A DNA stretch of 63,228 bases, counting the filler. It is 3 parts of 3 records of this genome, joined end to end, with 100 filler letters (N's around TTAATTAATTAA, not from the genome) between each part and the next. Parts side by side here need not be neighbours in the genome. Positions count along the whole stretch, not along the records: positions 1 to 30,598 come from SRR22947727_1896; 2 more parts are not named here. One strand, given 5' to 3'. Under the pieces are notes generated by a model that was not told the DNA's origin, did no database searches, and saw nothing but the letters and a program-made list of their open reading frames with translations. The position numbers and the translations under genes were made by a program. Positions 1 through 10,500 of this stretch are shown piece by piece. How positions within the stretch are numbered: the stretch's first letter is position 1; each line of letters opens with the position of its first letter.

Positions 1-38
1 GGGCAACTCTATCGAGGGTTCGAATCCCTCGCTCTCCG
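1..38 (+). tRNA. 3' part of a tRNA, probably tRNA-Ser (window starts inside the long variable arm)
   Basis: T-arm GAGGG-TTCGAAT-CCCTC (14-30), acceptor 3' strand GCTCTCC and discriminator G. The preceding GGGCAACT fits a long variable arm. The anticodon is outside the window. Confidence 0.8.
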
Positions 39-51
39 TCACCTAACACCC

Positions 52-79
52 AAACCCCTTGCCTTGCAGGGGTTTTTTT
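52..79 (+). terminator. Rho-independent terminator after the tRNA
   Basis: AAACCCCT...AGGGGTTT stem followed by a T-run. Confidence 0.75.
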
Positions 80-540
80 ATTGGAATTTCTTAGAGACAG
101 GGGGGATAAGTTCTTACATGCGACTTGTCAAAGACTGAAGGACTAATTTGCAAAGACTTTTAAGCTCATACAAGCAAATGATATATTTCCTTAATTTTAA
201 AATAGTTAAAATCTAAAAGCGCAAGATAAGGGTCTTCAGTAATCTAACTTTAGGTCCTAATTTGATATCGCAATTCGAGGGCAATTGCTTGTGCAGGACT
301 GCTTCTCAGGGCAATTTTGGAGCATTGCTGGGGATTATAGATGTCATTGATCAAGAGGATGGATAGATTCATCTCCGTCGAAAAATCACCTATTGGTCAA
401 GCTGCTGAATTAATAATGTACGGCAGTAAATAGTATATGTACTTAGGCATTTATACGTAAATAGTGCAATGTGATGGTTTACATGCATTGCAAGCATGAT
501 CTCAGCTTCTTAATAGCCTAAAGATACGAACGAGTGCTTG

Positions 541-738
541 ATGACTTCTACTGAATCGCCAGACTTTTCATCCTTTGAGTATCTGTATACATCAGATGCT
601 CGTGATGCATATTTACTAGAGGTGTGGTTAAAATCGCGACTCTTTTTTCTTCGACTGACACATCCAGTTGATGATGTTGTCGCATTAATGGAAGAATTCG
701 AGACAGGCGCTGCTTTTGAATGCGATTCGTGGGAATAA
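541..738 (+). CDS. small hypothetical protein
   Basis: 65-aa ORF with protein-like acidic composition in the AT-rich islet; no family recognised. Confidence 0.5.
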   Translation: MTSTESPDFSSFEYLYTSDARDAYLLEVWLKSRLFFLRLTHPVDDVVALMEEFETGAAFECDSWE

Positions 739-1113
739 CTCCCCTTATCAAGGATAATTCTGTTTGATTGGAAAGTGCAAATCCATATCAACTCATTAAT
801 TTGAAGCTTTCCTTTTTCCTTATTCTTTTGTCGAGATCGTTAAAATAATTGAATGTCAACGTTGAAGCAACCTTACCTCGCCATAAAAAATTGCCATTAC
901 ACCGATAGCAGCAGCTGAAATCGCAAGAACAGTGAAAATCATTTGGTGCCTTTTTACTGCAACGGTCTAAATGGCTTTGCCCATTGGGCGTTAAGGAGAA
1001 CCGCCCTCGCATGGGCGGGTTAGCGCATGTCGGCTCGGGCGACCCTTTGGCTGCTGGGTCCGCCAAGCGACACGATCGTGTATGTTAATGAATGTAAAGC
1101 AACGTGTACGAAT

Positions 1114-1314
1114 ATGAATGGCTGGTTCGCGGCGCTCTATTTCCTCTTTTTCGCAGTGATAGCAGGAGGTGCTTTCGCAATGATGTGGGGAAATATTCGC
1201 AACACAAGCTGGGATAAGCCAGCCAAGCGCCACCCCGAAGCGCCACAACCAGGCGAAGACTTTCTCTACGCCAACTTCAGTCGTGAAAAGCTTGAGGAGC
1301 TTTACCAGAAATGA
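1114..1314 (+). CDS. DUF2973-like small membrane protein
   Basis: N-terminal TM helix (LYFLFFAVIAGGAFAMMW) and RHPEAP..GE..LY motif typical of picocyanobacterial DUF2973; start taken at ATG 1114. Confidence 0.65.
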   Translation: MNGWFAALYFLFFAVIAGGAFAMMWGNIRNTSWDKPAKRHPEAPQPGEDFLYANFSREKLEELYQK

Positions 1315-1556
1315 TGAAATCCATTCTCTCTCTGATGTTTGCTGCCCTGATGTGGGTTCAAGTTCCTCAATGGGATGCCGATTGGAGCAAGTGTGCCGTT
1401 GATGTTCCCGACACTGCCTGTCATTGGTACATCACAGCTCCAGATTCCACGATGGGTGAAGGTTTTAGTTGGGAGAATTCTCCTTGGTTCTCTGTTGAAG
1501 GCTTGAGAGATATTGGTGAATTAAGCAATACAGTTGAGTCATTGCAAGCAGCCTGA
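1311..1556 (+). CDS. small secreted hypothetical protein (Trp/Cys-rich)
   Basis: Signal-peptide-like N-terminus, two Cys, ATGA overlap with the upstream gene. Confidence 0.7.
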   Translation: MMKSILSLMFAALMWVQVPQWDADWSKCAVDVPDTACHWYITAPDSTMGEGFSWENSPWFSVEGLRDIGELSNTVESLQAA

Positions 1557-1823
1557 ACCTTATTATCAAATAATATTATCCCTTAAATTAATTGGGTAAT
1601 GTGAATATGATGTGGCGAACCTATTATTCTTGAGTGCCTACATCGTCCAAATTTGTTGGACTCGCTAGTTTCATTTCTCCTTAGCTCGTTCAGCTGTGTG
1701 GGGCTTCTTGAACCAGTCGTCTTCTACTTAACGATGAAATTAAGCCTATATCAAACCAATATTTGTCTTTAGTAGTGCCTGACCAATGCATTGACACTGC
1801 TTGCATTAGCTTTTGTATTGAAG

Positions 1824-2642
1824 CTAGCCAAATCGTCCAGACACATAGTCTTGCGTGGCTTGCTCTTGTGGAGAGTTGAAAATAGACTGAGTATCGTTAA
1901 ATTCCACTAGATAACCAACTTTTCCAGATCGGTTCTCCACCGTCTCTGCGTTGAAAAAAGCTGTTTCATCGCTGACTCGTACGGCCTGCTGCATGTTGTG
2001 AGTCACAATCACAATCGTGAAACTTTTTTTGAGTTCATGCATGGTTTCTTCAATTTTTAATGTCGAAATCGGGTCTAGAGCAGAACAAGGTTCGTCCATC
2101 AAGATGACTTCTGGTTGGGTCGCAATCGTGCGGGCGATGCACAGGCGTTGTTGTTGGCCGCCAGATAGGGAGCAGCCACTGTCTTGTAGCTTGTCTTTGC
2201 ATTCATCCCAAACTGCAGCCTGACGCAGAGAACGCTCCACCAATTCATCCATATTTCCTGTGTAACCATTGATGCGGGCACCAAATGCAACATTCTCATA
2301 GATACTTTTTGGGAATGGGTTGGGCTGTTGAAACACCATTCCAATGCGACGTCTCACTTCGACGGGGTCGACAGTAGGCGCATATAAATCAACACCATCA
2401 AAAAGAACACGACCTTTCAGCGTGCAACTTTCGATTAGATCATTCATGCGATTAATCGATCGCAGTAGCGTTGATTTTCCGCAACCCGAAGGCCCGATAA
2501 AGGCAGTAACTTTACCTCTTGATATATCGCAAAAAACATCTCGTACTGCAGCAGAATTACCATAGCTAATGGTCACATTCTGCATCGATACTGCAATCTC
2601 TTCAGGACGTCGCTTCTGTTTTTTTGAGGTTTCCTTGCTCAT
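1824..2642 (-). CDS. pstB: phosphate ABC transporter ATP-binding protein
   Basis: GPSGCGKST Walker [52 protein letters not shown]. Confidence 0.97.
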   Translation of the reverse strand: MSKETSKKQKRRPEEIAVSMQNVTISYGNSAAVRDVFCDISRGKVTAFIGPSGCGKSTLLRSINRMNDLIESCTLKGRVLFDGVDLYAPTVDPVEVRRRIGMVFQQPNPFPKSIYENVAFGARINGYTGNMDELVERSLRQAAVWDECKDKLQDSGCSLSGGQQQRLCIARTIATQPEVILMDEPCSALDPISTLKIEETMHELKKSFTIVIVTHNMQQAVRVSDETAFFNAETVENRSGKVGYLVEFNDTQSIFNSPQEQATQDYVSGRFG

Positions 2643-2708
2643 GGCGCCCTGTGCTGAGTAAAAAGTGGACGAAGTCGCGGGGGTCTTTCGTTCAATGCTG
2701 ACACGGTG

Positions 2709-3623
2709 TCACCTTGATGCGAATCGTCCAAGCCAGCGTGCAAATAAATTGAGGGATAAAATCAATGTTACGAGGACAAAAGAAGCTGCCCAAGCTAATT
2801 CATTTTGAACCTCAAGGGGCATGATTGAAAAATTATAAATTAAGACTGATAACGTGGCAATCGACGAGAACAACCCATCTACTGAAAAGAGGTTTGCCCA
2901 GTACGGAGAAAATAATGCCGTGAAGATAAGTGGTGCTGTTTCGCCCGCTGCCCTTGCAATGGCAAGCACTACGCCAGTGGCAATGGGTGTGAATGCTGCT
3001 GGCAATGTAATGCGGGTTATCGTGATGAATCGTGAGGCTCCCACGCCCAAAGCCCCACGACGAAGGTCATCCGGTACCAGCTTTAAGCCTTCATCCGTTG
3101 TTTTAATGACGGTTGGAATCATTAGGATTGAAAGTGCTAATCCGCCAGCTACAGCGCTATAGGCGTTTCCAAATATCAGTCTGGACGTCACAATTGTTCC
3201 GTATATAAATACGCCGGCAATGATGGAAGGCACACCAGAAAGAACATTCGTTCCAAAGCGGATGAACTGTGCAAACCAATCAGACTTAGAATATTCTGCT
3301 AAATAAATTCCTCCTCCTACGCCAACTGGAATTGCAAATAATGCTGCAATAAAAGTAACTACTAATGTTCCGACAATTGCATTGCCTATGCCACCTCCTT
3401 CCAAGCCTGGGGGTGGTGGAAGTTCTGTGAACAGGCTGATGCTGATTTTTGAGGCACCCTTGAGCAATACGTAACCCAAGACAAGAACTAATGGCAGCAC
3501 AGCAATAGTTGAAAACAATGCGGCGAGCGCTGTCATTAAACGGTTGCCAAGATTTCGCCTGATATTTGGTTTGTAGTTGAGTTGTTCTTGTCTTGTGATA
3601 AGACTAGGATTATTGATGTTCAT
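2709..3623 (-). CDS. pstA: phosphate ABC transporter permease PstA
   Basis: GIYLAEY, GVPSIIAG, ARAAGETAPL motifs; lies between pstC and pstB. Confidence 0.95.
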   Translation of the reverse strand: MNINNPSLITRQEQLNYKPNIRRNLGNRLMTALAALFSTIAVLPLVLVLGYVLLKGASKISISLFTELPPPPGLEGGGIGNAIVGTLVVTFIAALFAIPVGVGGGIYLAEYSKSDWFAQFIRFGTNVLSGVPSIIAGVFIYGTIVTSRLIFGNAYSAVAGGLALSILMIPTVIKTTDEGLKLVPDDLRRGALGVGASRFITITRITLPAAFTPIATGVVLAIARAAGETAPLIFTALFSPYWANLFSVDGLFSSIATLSVLIYNFSIMPLEVQNELAWAASFVLVTLILSLNLFARWLGRFASR

Positions 3624-3624
3624 G

Positions 3625-4590
3625 TCAATATTTAAGGCTGAGTCGTTTGACGAGCAGCTGCGCCAAAATATTGACGGCTAAGGTCATGATCATTAGAACG
3701 AAGGCCGCATACATCAATGACGAAACCTGCGATCCATCAGCCTCACCAAATTGGTTGGCAAGCATTGCAGATATTGTATTGCCAGGTGCCAATAAGGAGA
3801 AGCTAAAGTTATTTGAGTTTCCAATAATCATTGTCACAGCCATTGTTTCGCCCATCGCTCTGCCAAGGGCAAGCATCACGCCTCCGACGATCCCAGAGAT
3901 TGCCGCAGGTAACGTTACGTTGATGATCGCGCCCCAGCGAGTGGTCCCAATTCCATAGGCTGCTTGCGTTAATCGTTGTGGGACTTGTTGAAGTGAATCA
4001 CGGGTGATTGCGGTGATAATTGGAAGAATCATGATCACCAAAATCAACACTGCTGGCAAAGTCCCTGGTCCCATTGGTGGAGAGCTAAATAGGGGGAACC
4101 ACCCAAAATAGTTGTAGAGCATTTCTAGACCTGGCCGAATGAATGGTTCCATCACAAAGATGGCCCATAAACCAAGAACAACTGATGGAATTGCCGCTAG
4201 TAATTCCACCATTAAACCGATGAAATTTCTTATTTTTTCAGGGATAATGTTCTCGGTGATAAATATTGCCGTACCAATGCCCAATGGAATGGCGATGAAG
4301 AGTGACAAGACGGAGGTCACCAACGTGCCGTAAATCGCGGCCCCAGCCCCGTATTCATCATCGACGGGGTTCCAATCAGATGTAATTAAAAACTCCCAGC
4401 CATACCGAACCATGGATGGCAGGCCCCCCTGGAACACCACGATCAGAATGGCCACCAGGATCAAGGCCACGACCGACGCCAGACCCACAGCCAGGCCCTT
4501 AAAACCCGTGTCCACCAGCTTTTCAGACTGCGGTCGTTTGCGGAGTCGGTACCGATCGTCCAAGTTGCTGGACATTCTCCGGGAGATCAC
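3625..4590 (-). CDS. pstC: phosphate ABC transporter permease PstC
   Basis: WNP, ELLAAIPSVVLGLW, GRAMGETMAV motifs; start could be the ATG five codons downstream. Confidence 0.95.
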   Translation of the reverse strand: MISRRMSSNLDDRYRLRKRPQSEKLVDTGFKGLAVGLASVVALILVAILIVVFQGGLPSMVRYGWEFLITSDWNPVDDEYGAGAAIYGTLVTSVLSLFIAIPLGIGTAIFITENIIPEKIRNFIGLMVELLAAIPSVVLGLWAIFVMEPFIRPGLEMLYNYFGWFPLFSSPPMGPGTLPAVLILVIMILPIITAITRDSLQQVPQRLTQAAYGIGTTRWGAIINVTLPAAISGIVGGVMLALGRAMGETMAVTMIIGNSNNFSFSLLAPGNTISAMLANQFGEADGSQVSSLMYAAFVLMIMTLAVNILAQLLVKRLSLKY

Positions 4591-4714
4591 ACCGACACAA
4601 AGTATGGGTGAGACCGGTCCTGAGTTTCTTCTGATCCCGAATACACACCCCGCTCGATGCTGTGGAGGCTTATTCGGTACCGGCCGTTAGCCTGGAGTTC
4701 CACTGTTTGCGGGT

Positions 4715-6706
4715 ATGGGTCGGATCGTCGGAATCGATCTAGGGACCACCAATTCGGTTGTTGCCGTTTTGGAGGCCGGTCGCCCCCATGTCATTGCCAA
4801 TGCCGAAGGGGGCCGCACCACCCCATCCGTTGTCGGTTACAGCAAAGATCAAGAACTTTTAGTCGGTCAACTTGCTAGACGACAACTGGTGTTGAGCCCA
4901 CGCAACACCTTTTCCAATCTCAAGCGTTTTGTGGGCCGAGATTGGGATGAGTTGGACGACGGCAGCCTTTCCGTTCCCTACACCGTGCGGGCGAATGACC
5001 GTGGCCAGGTCCGTGTGCCCTGCCCAGTGACCGAGAGGGAATATGCGCCTGAGGAGTTGGTTGCAAGCATCATCCGAAAACTCGTCGACGATGCCTCGAC
5101 TTATTTAGGTGAAACCGTTGAAGCCGCAGTGGTGACGGTTCCGGCCTACTTCAACGATGCGCAACGGCAGGCGACGCGCGATGCCGGTCGGTTGGCTGGT
5201 ATCTCGGTTGAGCGAATTCTCAATGAACCCACAGCCGCAGCCTTGGCCTACGGCTTTGATCGCAGTGCCGTCCGCCGCGTGCTCGTTTTCGATCTTGGTG
5301 GTGGCACCTTCGATGTGTCGTTGCTTCGAATCGCCAATGGTGTTTTTGATGTCAAATCAACCAATGGTGATACCCAGCTCGGTGGCAACGATTTCGATCA
5401 GCGCATCGTTGATTGGCTGGCTGATGCCTTTCAGAAGGAACACTCCATTGATCTGCGACGCGATCGACAAGCCTTACAACGGCTCACCGAGGCCGCGGAA
5501 AAAGCAAAACAAGAACTCTCTGGTGTTTTAACGACTCCCATTTCTTTGCCGTTCATCGCGACGGGAACTGAGGGGCCGCTCCATATCGAAGCCAACCTGG
5601 ACCGACCCACCTTTGAAGGCCTCTGTCCGGACCTTCTCGACCGTTTGCTGAATCCGGTTCAGGCTGCATTGCGCGATTCCGGTTGGGCACCCGATGACAT
5701 TGACGATGTGGTGTTGGTGGGCGGTGGTACCCGGATGCCAATGGTTCAACAACTGGTGCGGACCCTCGTTCCGATTGACCCCTGCCAGTCGGTCAACCCC
5801 GATGAGGTGGTGGCCATTGGTGCCGCAGTCCAGGCCGGGATCTTGACTGGGGAACTGCGTGATCTGTTGCTGAACGATGTGACACCGCTCTCCCTTGGTC
5901 TGGAAACCGTCGGGGGACTGATGAAGGTTCTGATTCCCCGTAACACCCCCATTCCCGTGCGCCAATCCGATGTATTCAGTACTTCGGAAGCGAATCAATC
6001 GTCCGTTGAAATTCACATCTGGCAAGGTGAGCGCCAGATGGCATCCGATAACAAGTCGTTAGGACGCTTCCGCCTCTCTGGAATTCCTCCAGCACCGCGT
6101 GGCGTTCCCCAGGTGCAAGTGGCCTTTGATATCGATGCCAATGGTTTGCTTCAGGTCAGTGCCACGGACCGAACGACGGGCCGAAAACAATCGGTGTCGA
6201 TTCAGGGTGGTTCGAATCTCAATGAAGAGGAGGTGACGGCTCTCCTTGCTGAGGCTGAGGCAAGAGCTGATGAAGATCGCCGCAAACGCAATCAAATCGA
6301 GCGACGCAATCGAGCTCAAACCCTCCTCTCGCAGGCTGAGCGCCGATTGCGTGATGCTGCACTGGAACTTGGCCCCTATGGCGCAGAACGTCAGCAACGT
6401 TCTGTGGAAATGGCCATCCGTGATGTGCAGGACTGTTTGGCTGCGGACGACCTTCAAGAGATTGACCTCAGCGTCAGTGGATTGGAGGAGGCATTGTTTG
6501 GTTTGAACCGACGCCTCTCGGCAGAACGTCAATCCGATGGAAGTCCGCTTCAGGGCATCCGCAGCACCCTCGGTTCCCTGAAGGATGAATTGTTCTCAGA
6601 TGATTGGGATGACGACCCTTGGGGTGCTCCGAGTCGCCCGCCCGATCGCAGTCGTGGTTTGAACCGGCGTGATGCATCCGCTTGGGACGATGACATCTAC
6701 CGCTAA
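4715..6706 (+). CDS. dnaK: Hsp70 chaperone DnaK (cyanobacterial DnaK3-type, acidic Trp-containing tail)
   Basis: [27 protein letters not shown] motifs; DDWDDDPW tail; followed by dnaJ. Confidence 0.96.
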   Translation: MGRIVGIDLGTTNSVVAVLEAGRPHVIANAEGGRTTPSVVGYSKDQELLVGQLARRQLVLSPRNTFSNLKRFVGRDWDELDDGSLSVPYTVRANDRGQVRVPCPVTEREYAPEELVASIIRKLVDDASTYLGETVEAAVVTVPAYFNDAQRQATRDAGRLAGISVERILNEPTAAALAYGFDRSAVRRVLVFDLGGGTFDVSLLRIANGVFDVKSTNGDTQLGGNDFDQRIVDWLADAFQKEHSIDLRRDRQALQRLTEAAEKAKQELSGVLTTPISLPFIATGTEGPLHIEANLDRPTFEGLCPDLLDRLLNPVQAALRDSGWAPDDIDDVVLVGGGTRMPMVQQLVRTLVPIDPCQSVNPDEVVAIGAAVQAGILTGELRDLLLNDVTPLSLGLETVGGLMKVLIPRNTPIPVRQSDVFSTSEANQSSVEIHIWQGERQMASDNKSLGRFRLSGIPPAPRGVPQVQVAFDIDANGLLQVSATDRTTGRKQSVSIQGGSNLNEEEVTALLAEAEARADEDRRKRNQIERRNRAQTLLSQAERRLRDAALELGPYGAERQQRSVEMAIRDVQDCLAADDLQEIDLSVSGLEEALFGLNRRLSAERQSDGSPLQGIRSTLGSLKDELFSDDWDDDPWGAPSRPPDRSRGLNRRDASAWDDDIYR

Positions 6707-7619
6707 TCCTGATTATTGGTCCCTACTTGGGATCCGTCCCGATAGCGATGCTGCGCAGCTCAAACGAGCCTTCCGTCGGGAAGCGCGACGTTGGCATCCG
6801 GATCTCAATGGAAATGATCCCGTTGCCGAAGAGCGATTCAAGCTCGTGAATGAGGCATATGCGGTTCTCAATGACCCACGACGACGGGATGCATGGCAGC
6901 GGGGTGCTGGTGTTGTAGAGGCCGATGACGACCCGTTCACAACAGGTTTTCCTGATTTTGAGGATTACCTCGATGTGATTTTTGGAAGGCGAGAACGTCG
7001 TGAAGACGCTGCTCCTGAACCTTTATCTGACCCCGAGGTGATGCCCTGGCAGACAGGTGATAGCCATGTGTCCTCAGAGCGGCCCGTGGCAGCACCCGCA
7101 CCACCACCGCCTGTTCTGGCCGTTGAAGATCTTGAATCTGTTGTGGAGCTCACCCCAGACCAGGCTCTACTGGGTACCCAGGTGGAACTCTCCCTTGGCG
7201 ATGGAACGCTGATTCAGCTCGATACCCCACCCTTTGCCGGTGATGGCTGGCGCTTGCGTCTCGAGGGGGTGGCTCCGGGTGGGCGAGATCATTTTTTGCA
7301 GCTTCGCGTCATCACTGAAGACGGTCTGCGTGTTGATGGTTTGCGGGTGCACTACAAATTGGAACTTTTCCCCCCTGATGCGGCCCTCGGCTGTGCCGTT
7401 GATGTGCCCACCCTGGATGGCCCTGTCACCTTGCAGGTTCCTCCTGGTTCCTCGAGTGGTCGGCTTTTACGTCTGCGGGGGCGGGGCCTATCCATGGATG
7501 AGCAACTGGGGGACCAGTTGGTTGAAGTGGTGGTGGTGATCCCGTCGGACTTGGGAGAAGATGAACGGGCGCTCTATCGGCGCTTGCAGGAGCTAGCGCT
7601 CGAATCTGAGATCCAGTGA
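6690..7619 (+). CDS. dnaJ: DnaJ-class co-chaperone (J domain + C-terminal domain, no Zn finger)
   Basis: DYWSLLG...WHPDLN...FKLVNEAYAVL; C-terminal VPTLDG...RLRGRG. Confidence 0.9.
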   Translation: MTSTANPDYWSLLGIRPDSDAAQLKRAFRREARRWHPDLNGNDPVAEERFKLVNEAYAVLNDPRRRDAWQRGAGVVEADDDPFTTGFPDFEDYLDVIFGRRERREDAAPEPLSDPEVMPWQTGDSHVSSERPVAAPAPPPPVLAVEDLESVVELTPDQALLGTQVELSLGDGTLIQLDTPPFAGDGWRLRLEGVAPGGRDHFLQLRVITEDGLRVDGLRVHYKLELFPPDAALGCAVDVPTLDGPVTLQVPPGSSSGRLLRLRGRGLSMDEQLGDQLVEVVVVIPSDLGEDERALYRRLQELALESEIQ

Positions 7620-7697
7620 GGTATTCGCACCTCTGAGGATGCATGCATTCGTGGGTCGGTGAGAGACTCCGCTCCAGATCGGCTTGTTGGTTCAGGG

Positions 7698-8120
7698 ATG
7701 CGCGTTCACGTGCTTTTGTTTGACGCTGGCACGGACAGCGAAGGGATTCATTCGCTTGAGATCGCTGGACGCACCGTGGTGTTGTTATTTGAAAACCCAG
7801 AGGATGCCGAGCGATATGCAGGCTTGCTTGAGGCCCAGGATTTTCCTGTCCCAACCGTTGAAGGCTTGGATCGTGAGGATGTTGAATTGTTCTGTCGCGA
7901 TGCTGGTTACGAGGCACGGCTGATCGAAGCGGGTTTTGTGCCTGGCACCGATGAAGAGCGTTTGTTCATGGCCCCGCCTGAATCCAACCGTGATGTCAGC
8001 CAATGGAAGGAAGATCAACCTGCGGCGGAAGAGACACCGCCAAATTCCGATGCATCTCTCGACGCGGAATCAAACCCTGAACTCGATGCGTTGAGGCAAC
8101 GTCTCGAGGGACTTCTCTAA
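7698..8120 (+). CDS. DUF3110 family protein
   Basis: VLLF...EGIHSL...VLLFE..EDAERYAGLLEAQDF motif. Confidence 0.8.
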   Translation: MRVHVLLFDAGTDSEGIHSLEIAGRTVVLLFENPEDAERYAGLLEAQDFPVPTVEGLDREDVELFCRDAGYEARLIEAGFVPGTDEERLFMAPPESNRDVSQWKEDQPAAEETPPNSDASLDAESNPELDALRQRLEGLL

Positions 8121-8124
8121 CGCG

Positions 8125-9075
8125 ATGGCTGGCTTTGATCCCACGCTTCAGCCCTCCGATGACCGCGGTCATCTCCTGACGGAGCAATCCAATCCCCGTA
8201 GTCGCCGATTGGATCAATTGGTGACGAAGGATCTTGTCAATTTGTTCGTTGAGGAAGATCGGCGTCCCCAAGAGGCTGTTGCTGGGGCCTCCGAAGCACT
8301 GGCGGCCGCCGTGGACGCCATTTCAGAGCGACTTCTAGCCGGTGGTCGGTTGTTTTATCTGGGGGCCGGGACCTCTGGCCGCCTTGGTGTTTTGGATGCC
8401 GCTGAGTGCCCTCCGACGTTTTGTAGTGACCCCGAGCTTGTTCAAGGGGTGTTGGCTGGAGGCCCCCCGGCCCTATTGCGTAGTTCAGAAGGTCTTGAGG
8501 ATCTGGAACAGGCCGGTCGTGATGATCTGGATCGGCATGGATTCCGGCAGGGGGATTGTTTGGTGGGCATCGCGGCTGGAGGAACGACCCCCTACGTGCG
8601 TGGTGGTTTGTCCTACGCCCGCTCAATCGGAGCGCTTGCGATTGCGATGGCCTGTGTCCCCAAGGATCAAGCCCCTTTGCCCTGCGATATCGATATCCGT
8701 CTGTTGACCGGACCAGAGTTATTAACGGGATCGACGCGACTCAAAGCCGGCACTGCCACAAAAATGGCTCTCAATATTTTGTCCACCACCGTGATGGTCC
8801 GTCTCGGAAAGGTCTATGGCAATCGCATGGTGGATGTGGCAGCCAGCAATAGCAAATTGGTCGACCGGTCTCTCCGCATCCTCCGAGATCTCATTGGCGT
8901 CGAGCGGGAGGAGGGTTTGGCCCTGTTGGCGTTGTCGGATGGTTCCGTCAAGCTGGCTCTTCTGATGAAGGCCGCCAACCTCTCAAAAGATCAGGCTCGA
9001 AGTGTTCTAGAGCGGCACGACCAACAGCTGCGCCCGTCGCTGGAGACCTGCAGCGCGACGTTGGCTCAACTTTGA
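8125..9075 (+). CDS. murQ: N-acetylmuramic acid 6-phosphate etherase
   Basis: LTEQSNP, GAGTSGRLGVLDAAECPPTF, GPE.LTGSTRLKAGTA motifs. Confidence 0.95.
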   Translation: MAGFDPTLQPSDDRGHLLTEQSNPRSRRLDQLVTKDLVNLFVEEDRRPQEAVAGASEALAAAVDAISERLLAGGRLFYLGAGTSGRLGVLDAAECPPTFCSDPELVQGVLAGGPPALLRSSEGLEDLEQAGRDDLDRHGFRQGDCLVGIAAGGTTPYVRGGLSYARSIGALAIAMACVPKDQAPLPCDIDIRLLTGPELLTGSTRLKAGTATKMALNILSTTVMVRLGKVYGNRMVDVAASNSKLVDRSLRILRDLIGVEREEGLALLALSDGSVKLALLMKAANLSKDQARSVLERHDQQLRPSLETCSATLAQL

Positions 9076-9977
9076 GACCATGCTCCCCAGTAGGGCGCTG
9101 TAAAAAGATCAAGCTTTCGACGGGTCTCAAGGGGCACCACCTCTTTTGAAGTCACCAGTGCATTCGCTAGAGCCGTATGGGCGAGTGATGCTGGTCGCTC
9201 AGCGCTGATCCGTTGCATCAGCGTTCGAAGGATCGGTTCGGTGGCCATGGCATTGGCCCTCAGATTCCCCATCACCATCTCCACGGTGACGGCGTCGTGG
9301 TCCTGATGCCAGCAATCAAAATCGGTCACCATGCTGAGGGAGGCATAGGCCAATTCGGCTTCTCGAGCTAACCGCGCTTCGGTGTGATTAGTCATCCCAA
9401 TCACGGAACACCCCCAACTCCGGTAGAGCTCGCTCTCCGCACGGGTGGAAAAGGCTGGGCCCTCCATGCACAAATACGTGCCGCCTTGATGCAATGTTTG
9501 CCCGTTGGGTAAGGACGACTTCGCGGCTTCCGTTAACAGTTGGCTGAGTTGCGAACAAAAGGGATCGGCCAGGCTCACATGGGCCACACATCCTTCCCCG
9601 AAAAACGTCGGTGGACGTTGCTGAGTGCGGTCGATGAATTGATCGGGAACCACCATGTCCCTGGGTCGTATTGAGGCCTGTAAGGACCCAACAGCAGAGA
9701 CGGAGATCAACCAACGCACACCTAGTGAACGCATCGCCCAAAGATTCGCCCTGTAGGGCACTTCGCGGGGCAAAAATTGATGATGGCGTCCATGGCGCGC
9801 CAGAAAAACGGTGTCAACGCCCTCTAGTCGTCCAACGCGGAGTCGATCGGATGGATGTCCAAAAGGCGTTTGTACCTCGACCTCCTGCTCATCCTCAAGA
9901 CCGGCGATCGCATACAAACCACTGCCCCCGATCACTCCCACGCGGGCCTTGGACAGATCTGGACTCTGGTGTTCCAT
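9066..9977 (-). CDS. mtnP: S-methyl-5'-thioadenosine phosphorylase
   Basis: [36 protein letters not shown] motifs. Confidence 0.93.
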   Translation of the reverse strand: MEHQSPDLSKARVGVIGGSGLYAIAGLEDEQEVEVQTPFGHPSDRLRVGRLEGVDTVFLARHGRHHQFLPREVPYRANLWAMRSLGVRWLISVSAVGSLQASIRPRDMVVPDQFIDRTQQRPPTFFGEGCVAHVSLADPFCSQLSQLLTEAAKSSLPNGQTLHQGGTYLCMEGPAFSTRAESELYRSWGCSVIGMTNHTEARLAREAELAYASLSMVTDFDCWHQDHDAVTVEMVMGNLRANAMATEPILRTLMQRISAERPASLAHTALANALVTSKEVVPLETRRKLDLFTAPYWGAWSQS

Positions 9978-10039
9978 CGCAATCCTTTCGACGCCGATAT
10001 CTTGCCGTGTTTCTAAACTGCAGCTTTGCTCGCGCCACC

Positions 10040-10483
10040 ATGACCAAGGCCCTGATGGACACCGAAGCAGGCCCGATCGAGCTCGAGCTGTTCGACACTG
10101 ATGCGCCTAATACCGTCGCTAACTTCGTCAAGTTGGTGAAGGATGGGTTTTACGACGGTCTCGCTTTCCACCGTGTGATCCCTGGTTTTATGGCTCAGGG
10201 TGGCTGCCCCAACAGCCGTGAAGGGGCCAAGGGAATGGCGGGCACCGGCGGACCTGGTTACCAGATCGACTGTGAGATCAATTCCAAGAAGCACCAGGCT
10301 GGGACCCTTGCCATGGCTCACGCCGGTCGCAACACCGGGGGCTCACAGTTCTACATCTGTTACGAGGGGCAGCCACACCTTGATGGAGTCCACACGGTGT
10401 TCGGTCTCACAGGAAATATGGACGTCGTGCTGAAGCTGAACAACGGTTCACGCATCAACAAAGTCACCATTCAAGACAGCTGA
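10040..10483 (+). CDS. cyclophilin-type peptidyl-prolyl cis-trans isomerase
   Basis: [46 protein letters not shown]; true start at ATG 10040. Confidence 0.93.
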   Translation: MTKALMDTEAGPIELELFDTDAPNTVANFVKLVKDGFYDGLAFHRVIPGFMAQGGCPNSREGAKGMAGTGGPGYQIDCEINSKKHQAGTLAMAHAGRNTGGSQFYICYEGQPHLDGVHTVFGLTGNMDVVLKLNNGSRINKVTIQDS

Positions 10484-10500
10484 TTGCCTTGGCGCCGGCG

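Noticed and set aside
255-410. Possible decayed small gene in the islet
   Set aside because: It needs several frameshifts and stops, and no family is recognisable.
416-485. LexA, NtcA or CRP sites around the repeated GTAAATAGT
   Set aside because: Only half-sites or wrong spacing; none fits the consensus.
4591-4714. Pho box upstream of pstC
   Set aside because: No TTAAC-type 11-bp-spaced direct repeats are visible.
9671-10039. Long N-terminal extension of the cyclophilin (likewise for pgi from 17609, dapF from 21980 and DUF2062 from 36929)
   Set aside because: The extensions overlap real genes on the opposite strand, and family homology starts at the downstream start codons.
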